38,435 bases of DNA, taken from contig JBGTHM010000089.1 in NCBI GenBank assembly GCA_041746255.1, positions 1-38,435 of the forward strand, read 5' to 3'. The notes under the pieces are model-generated. The model did no database searches. It saw only the letters and a list, made by a program, of their open reading frames with translations, and was not told where the DNA came from. Shown one piece after another: positions 18,676-28,449 of this stretch (the first letter of the stretch is position 1; each line of letters starts with the position of its first letter). Origin of the DNA: Fibrobacteria bacterium. GTDB taxonomy: Bacteria; Fibrobacterota; Fibrobacteria; UBA11236. Made by a program: the position numbers and the translations under genes.

Positions 18676-19773
18676 TCAAGCCCGGAAGTAAGGCATGTCA
18701 TCCCGGGTCAGGGGTTCCGGCCGCTCGCAGGAGCCGGCCGTCTCTATAAAATTCCGGGTATGCGCCGACTCAACCAACGCTTCCAGGATATCCACTACAT
18801 GCAGCGCCAGCTCCAGACCCGATCGGTGTTTTCGGCCCAGCCGTAGGGCAGCCGCCATATCGGCCAATCCCAGTCCCCGTAAATTTCCGGTGAAACCCGG
18901 CACCAGCGGTATTTCGGAAAATGTGTTTTGTTGCGGACCGCGCAGCATCACCGGGCCATCGAAGAAATTCGGGTCGGGCAATATCAGGGTCCCTTTCGTC
19001 CCATGGATTTCCATGCAGGGATGAGATGTGCCGCCGGACACGTCGAAACTCATCGTCAAGGCGCCAATCGCTCCGGAATAAAATTCCAGTAAGCCGACAT
19101 GATGAGTGGGAACCTCCACGGGAAAACTTTTCCCGACCAAAGTGCCGGTGGTAATCTCGCGTCGGTCGAAGGCTTTGCTCGCCATGGCGGCCACGCGTTT
19201 AACCGGTCCCAGCAAGTGAATGAGGGCGGTGAGATAATACGGGCCCATGTCCCATAACGGTCCCGCACCCTCGCGATACAAATAGGCGGGATTCGGATGC
19301 CAGCCCTCGGGACCGGAACTTAACATATGGGCGGTAAAGGACGTCGGTCTGCCGATGCCGCCTTCATCCAAGAGCTTTCGCGCGGTTTGATATCCGGCTC
19401 CCAGAAAGGTATCGGGGGCGCAGCCCACTCCCAGCCCAGTTGCCGCCTGGAGGATTTTCGCCGTTTGCTCACGGGTGGTTCCCAGGGGTTTTTCCGAATA
19501 AACCCATTTGCCGGCAGTAAGCGCCTTGAGCGTCACCTCGGCATGCGCTGCGGGATTCGTGAGATTAAGCACGATTTCCACTTCGGGCCGCGCCAGTAGT
19601 TCATCCACCGTGTAGGCTGCGGGATATCCATAGGTATCACGATGCGCTTCCGCCGACTCGGGCCGGAGAGCGGCGCAACCTACCGGTTCGAGGTGGCTAA
19701 ACCGCCGCAGGTTTTCGCTGTAAATGCCGCTAATCTTACCGCAGCCGATCAGGCCGACGCCCACGGGCTTCAT
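18676..19773 (-). CDS. Gfo/Idh/MocA-family oxidoreductase
   Basis: VGLIGCGKIS Rossmann motif, YSEKP, GCAPDTFLG, DMGPYY. ATG 19773 overlaps the upstream stop (ATGA). Confidence 0.93.
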   Translation of the reverse strand: MKPVGVGLIGCGKISGIYSENLRRFSHLEPVGCAALRPESAEAHRDTYGYPAAYTVDELLARPEVEIVLNLTNPAAHAEVTLKALTAGKWVYSEKPLGTTREQTAKILQAATGLGVGCAPDTFLGAGYQTARKLLDEGGIGRPTSFTAHMLSSGPEGWHPNPAYLYREGAGPLWDMGPYYLTALIHLLGPVKRVAAMASKAFDRREITTGTLVGKSFPVEVPTHHVGLLEFYSGAIGALTMSFDVSGGTSHPCMEIHGTKGTLILPDPNFFDGPVMLRGPQQNTFSEIPLVPGFTGNLRGLGLADMAAALRLGRKHRSGLELALHVVDILEALVESAHTRNFIETAGSCERPEPLTRDDMPYFRA

Positions 19774-22700
19774 TTTTCGCGCAACTCGCCCGCCCGGATT
19801 TTTTCCAGCAGCATAGGCAAGGCCCAAATCATGCCGGGACGGAAGTAGCGGCCCGCGGTATAGTGCAGCTTGCCTTCCAAAAGGGTAAATCCCTCCGGTG
19901 CGGCAAAGGGTATGCGCGCCTCCGTATAAAGATTGCGGTAGGTATTTTCCAGCAGGTCTTCCGCGGGTTGTTTCAGTCCTGCGGCCAGGAGCGCTGCGGC
20001 CAGGCTGTGTTGCAGTCCTATCCAGGCGTCGCGTGCCTGAAACGGCTCAAGGGTTTCGCCCTGCGGGCCCGACAAATTGGCGGCTCCCGCATCGGGGCTG
20101 TGTGTCTTCCAATTCATCTTTACGATACGTTGCAAGGCGCGGCGTCTGCGGTCCAACGGAGTTATGGGTTCCAGATCGAGCAATTGCAAATAAGTATCGG
20201 CCAGAAATTGATCGCAAAAACTATCGTCCGAATCCAGGAGCAATTTGGCTGAATAGCTTTCCGTAAAGGCCGCCGGATGTAGAACATACAAGCCGATTTT
20301 TTTCTGGGCGCGCGCTTCGCGGCGGGTAGGCTGCCGATTTTCGGGGAAGCAGGTCAGTGCTTGGGGAAGGTGAACTCCAGCCCACTCTTTAGCGGATATC
20401 CACAGAGAAGATTTTTCCTCCAGGACGGCATCCGCATTCAGAAACGCGTTGAGGCCGAGGGAAAGTTCTTCCTGACCCACCGAAACCCCCGCTTTTATCA
20501 AACTTGCCCGCAGCGCTTCGGCTTCGTTCGGTTCGATGTCGGAATAGGTAACCGGAGTCACGTAAAAATGATAATAGCCTTCACTTTCATCCCAAAGCGC
20601 GGCCGACAATTCCGCCTCCGCCCCCGAGGCCATCTCCGCATATTCGCGTCGCTGCGAATCCTGTCCCAACAATCGGGCGATTTCCGCAGCGGCTTTAAGC
20701 CCGGCCACCCAAAGCGAACCGCTATAGATGGAAATTCCGTGGGAGGAGAGGTTATCGAAAGTATCGTCCGTTCCCTGGGTTAAGGGAAAGGCCTGGCCGG
20801 GCTCACGCATCCCGGCTAAATAACCGATGCTTTGCCGCACGGCTTCCCAACAATCACGTAACACGCTGTCATCGCCGCTGACTTTATGGCTGCGCAAGAC
20901 CAGCAGCACGAATTTAGGCGCCAAATCCTTCCAGGTCTTTACATTATGCCAATCATAGGCATCCGGCTTGGCGTCGAAAGGGCTGCCGAGGTCGTGGGGA
21001 ACGGCTCCGCGCGCGGCGCGAGGGCCTTCCAGCTTGGCTTCGGGAAGGTCGGCGTGGGGAAGACCCACGTATTCCCAATGTCTTCTTTGCGTCGGGTCGG
21101 CTTGAAGTACGGCTTTCGCGAACTCGCGCATCACTCCGGCGTCGGCCGAAGGCAACATTCGCAGCATGGAAAAAGATCCGTAAAAGTAAACGTCGAGCGA
21201 ATTGAAAAAGGGATAATCCGCGCATTCGCGCACCCAAAACCGCTGCTGCGTATCCCAGACGGTGGCCTCGGGCAAAAAAGAAAGGGTATTGCATAATTGC
21301 GTAACAAAACGTGCAACTTGCGCGCCTGGGCCGACTTTGACTGAATCGCCTTTTTCGAAAAGGGCTTCGCTTTGCGCTGCAGTTCTCTCGTGGAAACGGC
21401 GTAGCATATCCAAAGCCGAGTCGGCGGTTGAAAGCGCCTCCACGGCCATCTCCGTGGCGCGATCCGGCGTATCGGGAAAAAATATTTCGTAACGCTTACG
21501 CGAAGAAACGCCCGGCAGTTCGATGCGGGGAAAATCCAGGGACAGGGCGAAGGTAATTTCCCGGGTTGCGCCCGGAGGGATGATGGTGGTGGCGCAAATG
21601 GCTCCGCTTAAAAGTTCACGTCCGCTATACACGCCTTTATCGAATTCCGGTCCCAGGCGGCCCGTGTCCAGCGCCTCCTTGACCACGTTTTCCTCATGGC
21701 TGCCGTAATAGGCGGGCTTGACGGAAATCTCCCAGGCCGAATCGTCGTCACAGCCGGCCAATAGGCTGAGGACGCCTTGCAAATCGCCGCTTTCCCGGCC
21801 GGAAGTTTGCCGCATGGCAACTCCCTGCACGGATATCCCTTCCGTTGACTTAAAGCTAGTCCGAGAGTTGACTTGGTGCGAGGCGGTTTTCTGCAACAGG
21901 AATTCGGCGTCCTGCACGCCGGGCCTTTTTTTCAAGACGTTATACCCGCAAAGGTTTTCCTGGGTTTGCAAAAGCGTGGCTTCGATGGATTCGGTTCCGG
22001 GATTTTCCAAGGTGAAGCGGCACAAAACCACGGGAAGCGCCAACAAACGCTCATCGCCGGGAACCGCCAGGCTGAACTGCAAGCGTGTAAGCCGTAAAGT
22101 CTGTCCCGGCGCAGAGTATGTGGTACGGGCCAAGGGGTATAATGCTTGGTACTCCATGCTCTGCGAGGGATAGCCTGACACGCCCGCATCTTCCGCATCA
22201 TCCGCAATTTTCGACGCTCCCTTTGCCGAGGAAGAACCGATTAACGAGGCGCGGATATGATGGGGCAGCCGCAAAGCAGCGGAAAAAAAATCCAGCAAGA
22301 GATAGGCATTGGCGAGACGAATATTCCCTTTTCCGGATGCCTCCAAGTCAGCGCAGGCTTCCAGGGTGCGACGGGACAGCGCAATGTGCCAGCGTTCCAA
22401 CCGCTCGCGGTTATCGGCGTATAAACGGGGATGGTTTCGCATCTCCTCCAGGCGGCGTATCGCATCCTCCTGTCCGATTCCGGCTTCCAGCCAGGGGGAA
22501 GCGTCGTCCTCGAGTCCGCGCCGCAAAGTAAAATGGTGGTTTCTGCGCATCAGGGCGGCAAAATCGGCGAGAGTCGGTTCGGGCTCTCCCGGAAAGGGGC
22601 GCTCGCAAAAAAAGAAGTTTTGCAGCTTGATAGCGTCCGGTACGGCTCCGGTAACGTGGAGCCCCGGAGCGAAATGCAAAGCGGGGGTGCCGCCTGCCGG

Positions 22701-22874
22701 GGTAACCGTAAAGCTACTGCCGATACCCCCCACGGCCATGCCGGTATTTTCCGGCAGGGTGGAAATGGGGATGTACCAGGGCTGAATGAACTCGCGGGCG
22801 TTGCTGGGACGCATCAAGTCGTCCACTTGGCCCGCGAGGGTCGATTTATCCAGGGAAAAGGGGGATTCGTTCAT
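19770..22874 (-). CDS. GH116-family beta-glucosidase with large insertions
   Basis: GMAVGGIGS N-terminal motif, RECADYPFFNSLDVYFYGS (nucleophile region), PHDLGSP, WKDLAPKF, DDTFD (acid/base region), PEGF and YFRPGMIW. Confidence 0.88.
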   Translation of the reverse strand: MNESPFSLDKSTLAGQVDDLMRPSNAREFIQPWYIPISTLPENTGMAVGGIGSSFTVTPAGGTPALHFAPGLHVTGAVPDAIKLQNFFFCERPFPGEPEPTLADFAALMRRNHHFTLRRGLEDDASPWLEAGIGQEDAIRRLEEMRNHPRLYADNRERLERWHIALSRRTLEACADLEASGKGNIRLANAYLLLDFFSAALRLPHHIRASLIGSSSAKGASKIADDAEDAGVSGYPSQSMEYQALYPLARTTYSAPGQTLRLTRLQFSLAVPGDERLLALPVVLCRFTLENPGTESIEATLLQTQENLCGYNVLKKRPGVQDAEFLLQKTASHQVNSRTSFKSTEGISVQGVAMRQTSGRESGDLQGVLSLLAGCDDDSAWEISVKPAYYGSHEENVVKEALDTGRLGPEFDKGVYSGRELLSGAICATTIIPPGATREITFALSLDFPRIELPGVSSRKRYEIFFPDTPDRATEMAVEALSTADSALDMLRRFHERTAAQSEALFEKGDSVKVGPGAQVARFVTQLCNTLSFLPEATVWDTQQRFWVRECADYPFFNSLDVYFYGSFSMLRMLPSADAGVMREFAKAVLQADPTQRRHWEYVGLPHADLPEAKLEGPRAARGAVPHDLGSPFDAKPDAYDWHNVKTWKDLAPKFVLLVLRSHKVSGDDSVLRDCWEAVRQSIGYLAGMREPGQAFPLTQGTDDTFDNLSSHGISIYSGSLWVAGLKAAAEIARLLGQDSQRREYAEMASGAEAELSAALWDESEGYYHFYVTPVTYSDIEPNEAEALRASLIKAGVSVGQEELSLGLNAFLNADAVLEEKSSLWISAKEWAGVHLPQALTCFPENRQPTRREARAQKKIGLYVLHPAAFTESYSAKLLLDSDDSFCDQFLADTYLQLLDLEPITPLDRRRRALQRIVKMNWKTHSPDAGAANLSGPQGETLEPFQARDAWIGLQHSLAAALLAAGLKQPAEDLLENTYRNLYTEARIPFAAPEGFTLLEGKLHYTAGRYFRPGMIWALPMLLEKIRAGELREK

Positions 22875-22889
22875 GGCACCTTTAGTGGC

Positions 22890-22932
22890 AAAAAAGGCGA
22901 TTCCCGTTTACGGGAATTAGAATTCCGCCTTT
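22890..22932 (-). terminator. Probable intrinsic terminator overlapping the helicase stop codon
   Basis: ATTCCCG-TAAA-CGGGAAT hairpin extended by AAGGCG/CGCCTT and followed by TTTTTT on the minus strand. Confidence 0.6.
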
Positions 22933-24491
22933 CGGGCTTTGATGGGAACTCCTTTGATACGCACGCCTTTCATTTTGGCGAGTATTTCGTCCATAGAATC
23001 CACCGGAACCTCGGCTAAAGAATGTTTCGAGCCCACTTCGATGGCGCCGAAAATCTTGCCCGGCAAGCCGGTTTCCCCGGCCAAGGCGCCTAACACGTCT
23101 TTAGGGCGCGCCCCATGGGTTCTACCGATGTTGAGGAAAATCTTGACGGTGGGAAAGCCGCCCAGATAGTCGGTTCCCTCATCCTTGCCCGTGCGTTCCG
23201 GAACTTTGGGCAGCGACATTTGCAACAAAGCGCTCGCCACGTCGACGGCGGTGAACTCATCTTCCATAAGGCGTTCCACCATAACGGAAACCTTTTTCGA
23301 GGTTCCCGAGCGCATGGTTTCGCGGACCTTCTCCAGCAAGAGCGCATATTGGGCCGATTCCACGTCGTCGAGCGAAGGAATGGGTTTGCGCTCCACCTTG
23401 GCCTTCATGAACTTTTGAATCTCACGAAGCTTATAGGCCTCTTTTCCCGTGATGAAGCTGATGGCCAGGCCTTCCTGACCGGCGCGTCCCGTACGGCCGA
23501 TGCGGTGCACGTAATCTTCTTCATCCTTGGGAAGGTCGTAATTGAAAACCGCTTCCACGTTTTTCACGTCGATGCCGCGGGAAGCCACGTCGGTGGCCAC
23601 GAGAATTTCGATTTGGCCGGTGCGGAAACGCCCCATCACGCGATCGCGCTGGGTTTGCTTGACGTCGCCGTGCAAACCGTCGGAAGAGTAGCCGCGCGCT
23701 TGCAATTGCCCCACCAATTCATCGACGCGCAGGCGGGTGTTGCAAAAAACGATTCCCAGCTTCACGTTATGCACGTCGAGGCAACGGCACAGGGCCTCAA
23801 GCTTCATGTGGTTTCTGACTTCGATATAATGCTGCACCGTCTGGGGTACGGTCAAGGCTTCCTGCGTAATGCGTATCGTTTTGGGATCGTTCTGATACTT
23901 CTTGATGAGATGACGGATGCCGGGAGGGATGGTCGCCGAAAAGAGCACGGTTTGCTTTTCTTCCGGCATGGCTTTGAGAATGGTTTCCAAGTCTTCCTGA
24001 AACCCCATGTCGAGCATTTCGTCGGCCTCGTCCAAAACCACCAATTTGACGCCGTCGAGTTTCAAGGAACCGCGGTTCAAATGATCGATGAGCCGGCCCG
24101 GCGTGCCGATGACGATTTGCGCGCCCCTGCGCATGCCTTGTAATTGGCGCTCATAGGGTTGGCCGCCGTATACCGGAAGCGGGTGAACTCCCTTTTTATG
24201 CTTGGCCAGTTTATTCACCTCTTCGGCGACTTGTATGCAAAGCTCCCGAGTAGGGCAGAGAATCAGCGCTTGGGTAAAAGCTTTGCCGGCTTCCACCAAT
24301 TCGACTGCGGGTACGGCGAAGGCGATGGTTTTTCCGGTGCCGGTACGGGATTGCCCCGTAACGTCATGGCCCTCGAGAATGAGGGGAATGGCTTCGCTTT
24401 GAATGGGCGTGGCTTCTTCGAAGCCCATTTCGGAGATGGCTTTTTGCACCTCTTTGGAAAGAGGCAGATCGGTAAAAGGAATTTTGGACAT
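22917..24491 (-). CDS. deaD: DEAD-box RNA helicase (DeaD/CshA type) with DbpA-like RNA-binding C-terminus
   Basis: Q motif GFEEATPIQ, TGTGKT, PTREL, TPGR, DEAD, SAT, HRIGRTGRAG; C-terminal FLNIGR...LGALAGETG...FGAIEV. Confidence 0.92.
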   Translation of the reverse strand: MSKIPFTDLPLSKEVQKAISEMGFEEATPIQSEAIPLILEGHDVTGQSRTGTGKTIAFAVPAVELVEAGKAFTQALILCPTRELCIQVAEEVNKLAKHKKGVHPLPVYGGQPYERQLQGMRRGAQIVIGTPGRLIDHLNRGSLKLDGVKLVVLDEADEMLDMGFQEDLETILKAMPEEKQTVLFSATIPPGIRHLIKKYQNDPKTIRITQEALTVPQTVQHYIEVRNHMKLEALCRCLDVHNVKLGIVFCNTRLRVDELVGQLQARGYSSDGLHGDVKQTQRDRVMGRFRTGQIEILVATDVASRGIDVKNVEAVFNYDLPKDEEDYVHRIGRTGRAGQEGLAISFITGKEAYKLREIQKFMKAKVERKPIPSLDDVESAQYALLLEKVRETMRSGTSKKVSVMVERLMEDEFTAVDVASALLQMSLPKVPERTGKDEGTDYLGGFPTVKIFLNIGRTHGARPKDVLGALAGETGLPGKIFGAIEVGSKHSLAEVPVDSMDEILAKMKGVRIKGVPIKARKAEF

Positions 24492-24633
24492 GGAGAACCT
24501 TTAGCAGGGGGGACTTGGCGGTATGCTTGATTATTTAATGGGCCAAACTTACCAATGAAAGGGCCCTTTTGCCAGCCCCTGGCAATCCGCTCCCATCCCG
24601 CCCCCTAATTTTCCGATGAATTCACCCGGATAA

Positions 24634-24724
24634 TTGCGAAAACTCTGCGAATTAGTATAATACTCATCGATTTAACCCCCGAATGGCCCTAAATCTTGCA
24701 AATCAGCTTCCCGACGGCTACCTT
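24634..24724 (+). promoter_or_regulatory. Two candidate sigma70-type promoters upstream of pnp
   Basis: TTGCGA(24634)-N16-TATAAT(24656) and TTGCAA(24696)-N17-TACCTT(24719). Confidence 0.5.
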
Positions 24725-24934
24725 TCACTGTTTTTAAGGTTGTCAAGGGCCGAACCAGGCAGTATCCCATTCAGGCAGTTTCCAATTCAAGCAAAGCATA
24801 ACTCACCCTGCAGACTTACACCTCCATGACACTCATCGAGCGATTCCGCTCATTGTCATTCCAACACCCATTTTTTCACTGATCGAAACAAACCCCGCGC
24901 GGCGAGTGCCGTGCACCAAAGGAGCCGAAAGCGC

Positions 24935-27019
24935 ATGTCCAAACAAACCGTAGAAATCACCCTTGCCGATGGCAAAGTCATTTCCCTAGAATCCGGCCGT
25001 ATGGCCAAACAAGCCGGCGGAGCCGTCATCGTCCGTCTGGGCGACACCATGGTGCTTTGCACCGTTTGCGCCGGACCCGAATCCAAAGGCGACTTCTTCC
25101 CCATGACGGTAGAATATCGGGAAAAATATTATGCCGCCGGCAAACTTCCCGGTGGATATATCAAACGCGAAGCCCGCCCCAGCGATAAAGAAACCCTCAC
25201 TTGCCGCATCATCGACCGTCCCTTGCGCCCCATGTTTCCCGAGGGCTACAAACGCGAAGTGCAAATCGTGTGCACCGTCATTTCCTCCGACGAAAAATAT
25301 GACGCCGATACCTTGGCGCTCATCGGTTCGTCCGCCGCAATCGGCCTGTCCTCCCTGCCCTTCGAAGAACAAATCGCAGCGGTTCGGGTTGTCGGCAGCA
25401 TCGACGGTACCTTCATCATCAATCCCACCTTCGAGGAAATCGAAGAAGCCGATATCGAATTGATAGTCGCAGGCACGGAAAGTTCCATCAATATGGTGGA
25501 AGGTTCGGCCTTTGAAGTTTCCGAAGAATTGATGCTCAAAGCCGTGTTAGCGGGTCACGAAGCCATCAAATCCATCGTGAAGGGACAGCGCGAACTCATC
25601 TCCCGCTTTCCGGTTGAAAAGGAAGTTTTCGCTTTGCCTCCCCGCGACGAAGCATTGTTCGCCCGGGTCGAAGCCGTAGCCAAGCCGTTGCTTATTGAAG
25701 CCTTGCACAAGCCCATGCTCAAAGCCGAGCACTATGCCACTATGGGCAAAATCAAAAAGGAAACGGTCGCGGCGCTATCCGAGGAATTTCCCGATCGCGA
25801 AGCGGATATCAAATCCGCGGTCGAAGATATTCAGTGGCGCGAAATGCGCGAAATGGTCCTTTCGGAAAAAGTCCGCATCGACGGCCGGGGCCCCGCGGAT
25901 ATCCGTCAAATCGATATCGATACCCAGGTTCTGCCCCGCGCCCATGGTTCCGCGATTTTCCAACGCGGCGAAACCCAAGCCCTGGTGGTTTGCACGCTTG
26001 GCACCAAAATCGACGAACAGCGCATCGATTCGCTGCAAGGCGAAAGCTTCAAGAATTACATGCTTCACTACAACTTCCCCGGATTTTCGGTGGGAGAAGC
26101 CAAGCGCATGATGTCGGTCAGCCGCCGCGAAATCGGCCATGGCTACCTGGCCGAGCGCGCCTTGGCTCCGGTATTGCCCACCGGCTCGTCCTTTCCTTAT
26201 ACCATCCGTCTCGTTTCCGACATCATGGAATCACATGGTTCCTCCTCCATGGCCTCGGTTTGCGGCGGTTCGCTGGCCTTGATGGACGCGGGAGTGAGAA
26301 CCAAGGCTCCCGTTGCCGGTATAGCCATGGGCATGGTTTCCGACGGAACCCGCTTCGAAACCCTTTCCGACATCAACGGCACCGAGGATCATCTCGGCGA
26401 TATGGACTTCAAGGTTTGCGGCACCGCCGAAGGCCTCACTTCCTTCCAAATGGACATCAAGCTGCGGGGCTTGACCACCGAGTTGATGGAACGGGCTTTG
26501 GCCCAAGCCAAGCAAGGCCGTCTGCATATTCTCAGCAAGATGAACGAGGTTATGTCCGGTCCCCGGGAGCTTTCCAAGCTCGCCCCCGCGATACTTCAGA
26601 AGAAAATCCCCGCCGACCGCATCAAAGACATCATCGGCCCGGGCGGAAAAGTCATCCGCGGCATCCAGTCCAATACCGGAGCCAACCTCAATATTGACGA
26701 CGAAGGCAATCTCACCATCTCGGCGGCGCATCGCGGCAACGCGCTTATGGCGCTTAAAATGGTGGACGAACTTTTCGCCGAAGCCGAAGTGGGAACCATC
26801 TACCAGGGCAAGGTCAAGGGCATTACCACCTTCGGCGCCTTCGTGGAAATCCTGCCGGGCAAGGAAGGCCTCGTGCATATTTCCGAACTGGCCTTTACCC
26901 GCGTGGAAAAGGTCGAGGACGTGCTTTCCATGGGAGACGAAATCGAAGTGAAATGCATCGGCGTCGATCCCCAGGGCAAGATCAAGCTGAGCCGCAAGGC
27001 GATGCTGGTCGAGGCCTAA
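24935..27019 (+). CDS. pnp: Polyribonucleotide nucleotidyltransferase (PNPase)
   Basis: [47 protein letters not shown] (IIGPGGK) and S1 ([19 protein letters not shown]) domains; AAGGAG RBS before ATG 24935. Confidence 0.98.
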   Translation: MSKQTVEITLADGKVISLESGRMAKQAGGAVIVRLGDTMVLCTVCAGPESKGDFFPMTVEYREKYYAAGKLPGGYIKREARPSDKETLTCRIIDRPLRPMFPEGYKREVQIVCTVISSDEKYDADTLALIGSSAAIGLSSLPFEEQIAAVRVVGSIDGTFIINPTFEEIEEADIELIVAGTESSINMVEGSAFEVSEELMLKAVLAGHEAIKSIVKGQRELISRFPVEKEVFALPPRDEALFARVEAVAKPLLIEALHKPMLKAEHYATMGKIKKETVAALSEEFPDREADIKSAVEDIQWREMREMVLSEKVRIDGRGPADIRQIDIDTQVLPRAHGSAIFQRGETQALVVCTLGTKIDEQRIDSLQGESFKNYMLHYNFPGFSVGEAKRMMSVSRREIGHGYLAERALAPVLPTGSSFPYTIRLVSDIMESHGSSSMASVCGGSLALMDAGVRTKAPVAGIAMGMVSDGTRFETLSDINGTEDHLGDMDFKVCGTAEGLTSFQMDIKLRGLTTELMERALAQAKQGRLHILSKMNEVMSGPRELSKLAPAILQKKIPADRIKDIIGPGGKVIRGIQSNTGANLNIDDEGNLTISAAHRGNALMALKMVDELFAEAEVGTIYQGKVKGITTFGAFVEILPGKEGLVHISELAFTRVEKVEDVLSMGDEIEVKCIGVDPQGKIKLSRKAMLVEA

Positions 27020-27059
27020 GCCTAACCTTTAGAGTAAGTCGTTCATTCCGAGACATACG

Positions 27060-27081
27060 AGGCCGGCTACGAAGCCGGCCT
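27060..27081. terminator. Hairpin between convergent pnp and bioA
   Basis: AGGCCGGCT-ACGA-AGCCGGCCT perfect 9-bp stem, followed by TATTGTTT on the plus strand. Confidence 0.65.
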
Positions 27082-28442
27082 TATTGTTTATACCCAAGTG
27101 TTTCTTCCAAAGCCAATCCCGTGATGGCTATCAATTCCGCCAGTGTTTTATCGTCGATATTCAGCGGCGGCAACCAATAGAGGGTATCGCCCAAGGGACG
27201 CAACAAGGCTCCGTGCCTGACCGCGGCCTGATAAACCTGGTAACCCGTACGTTTCCCCGCTTCGCCCGGCTCCAAGCGTAAGTCCGCCGCAGCCATGCCG
27301 CCCAAGGCGCGGATACGCGTCAGCCTTCCGGTGCGCGCGGCCAAAGCTTCCCAGCCTTCGCGCATTTTGCTTTCCAGCTTGCGTGCCTTCGCACAAATAT
27401 CTTCCTCCGCATAAATCTTTTGCGCTTCCAAAGCCACGGCCGCGGCCAAGGCGTTTCCCGCATAGGTGTTCGAGTGCAAAAAGGAGCGGCCTTCCTTGTA
27501 ATCGCCGTAGAACAAATCGTAAACCGCGTCGCTGGTGAGCATGGCCGATAGGGGCAGCCAGCCCGCCGTTAGTCCTTTGGAAAGGCAGACGAAATCGGCT
27601 TCGATTCCGGCATGTTCCATGGCCAGCATTTTTCCGGTACGCCCGAACCCGGTGAGGATCTCGTCGGCGATCAGGTAAACGTCATGCTCGCGGGTCCATT
27701 TCCGCAAACGTCGCAGCAAATCGGGGCTGTAAAGACGCATTCCCCCCGCACCCTGCAAAACCGGCTCCACCACCACGGCACATAGTGTTTCACTTTGGGA
27801 ATCCAATTGGGCTTCCAGGGAAGGCCAGTAAGTGGCGCAGTCGTCCCACCGCGCGGCTGCGGGGCCTTCACCGGTAGATTCCCCCGCGGCCCCGGGTCCT
27901 TCTCCGTAGGGCAGTCCCCGCAACATTTTCACTTCGGGCAACCAGGCGGCATAGGCTTCTTTGTAGATGCCCAGGTCGCTCAGGGCCAAGGCTCCGGTGC
28001 TTTCTCCGTGATATCCGTTTTCCAAAGCCATGAATTGCGTCCGCCGCCGATTTCCTCGCAGGCTATGCGCGTGCAGGCTCATCTTGAGGGCGATTTCCAC
28101 GGCCATTGATCCGTCGCCGGCGTAGAATACCCGGGTCAGCGAGGGAGACAGGGAAGTCAGTCTTTCCGAAAGTTCCACCAGGGTGTCCTGCGCCGTGTTG
28201 GCGAGGATGACATGTTCGTAGCGCCCCGCCTGTTTTTCCAAGGCGGCCCGCAGGCGGGGATGGCCATGGCCCAGGGTTTTGCACCACCAGCTGGAGATGG
28301 CGTCGATGACCGTGCTTCCGTCGCGCAAATAGAGGCGGCTGCCTTCGGCGCGTTCGATTTCGAGCGGGGGAAAGGAGGCGTAGTCCTTCATCTGGGAACA
28401 GGGGTGCCAGATATGCTGTAAATCCCTTTCGATAAGATTCAT
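27081..28442 (-). CDS. bioA: Adenosylmethionine-8-amino-7-oxononanoate aminotransferase
   Basis: IWHPCSQM, DAISSWW, GSMAVEIALKM, YHGE, EPVLQGAGGM, IADEILTGFGRTG, LSKGLTAGWLP, LRPLG. True start is MNLIERD at 28442. Confidence 0.96.
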   Translation of the reverse strand: MNLIERDLQHIWHPCSQMKDYASFPPLEIERAEGSRLYLRDGSTVIDAISSWWCKTLGHGHPRLRAALEKQAGRYEHVILANTAQDTLVELSERLTSLSPSLTRVFYAGDGSMAVEIALKMSLHAHSLRGNRRRTQFMALENGYHGESTGALALSDLGIYKEAYAAWLPEVKMLRGLPYGEGPGAAGESTGEGPAAARWDDCATYWPSLEAQLDSQSETLCAVVVEPVLQGAGGMRLYSPDLLRRLRKWTREHDVYLIADEILTGFGRTGKMLAMEHAGIEADFVCLSKGLTAGWLPLSAMLTSDAVYDLFYGDYKEGRSFLHSNTYAGNALAAAVALEAQKIYAEEDICAKARKLESKMREGWEALAARTGRLTRIRALGGMAAADLRLEPGEAGKRTGYQVYQAAVRHGALLRPLGDTLYWLPPLNIDDKTLAELIAITGLALEETLGYKQ

Positions 28443-28449
28443 GTCTGAC

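Noticed and set aside
23115..24143. Long antisense or alternate-frame ORFs (also 3828..4709, 12389..13576, 25834..26697, 30859..31875)
   Set aside because: Shadows of well-supported genes in GC-rich DNA; no recognisable motifs.
24492..24934. rpsO, tRNA or known riboswitch upstream of pnp
   Set aside because: No S15-like ORF, cloverleaf or recognisable aptamer consensus found.
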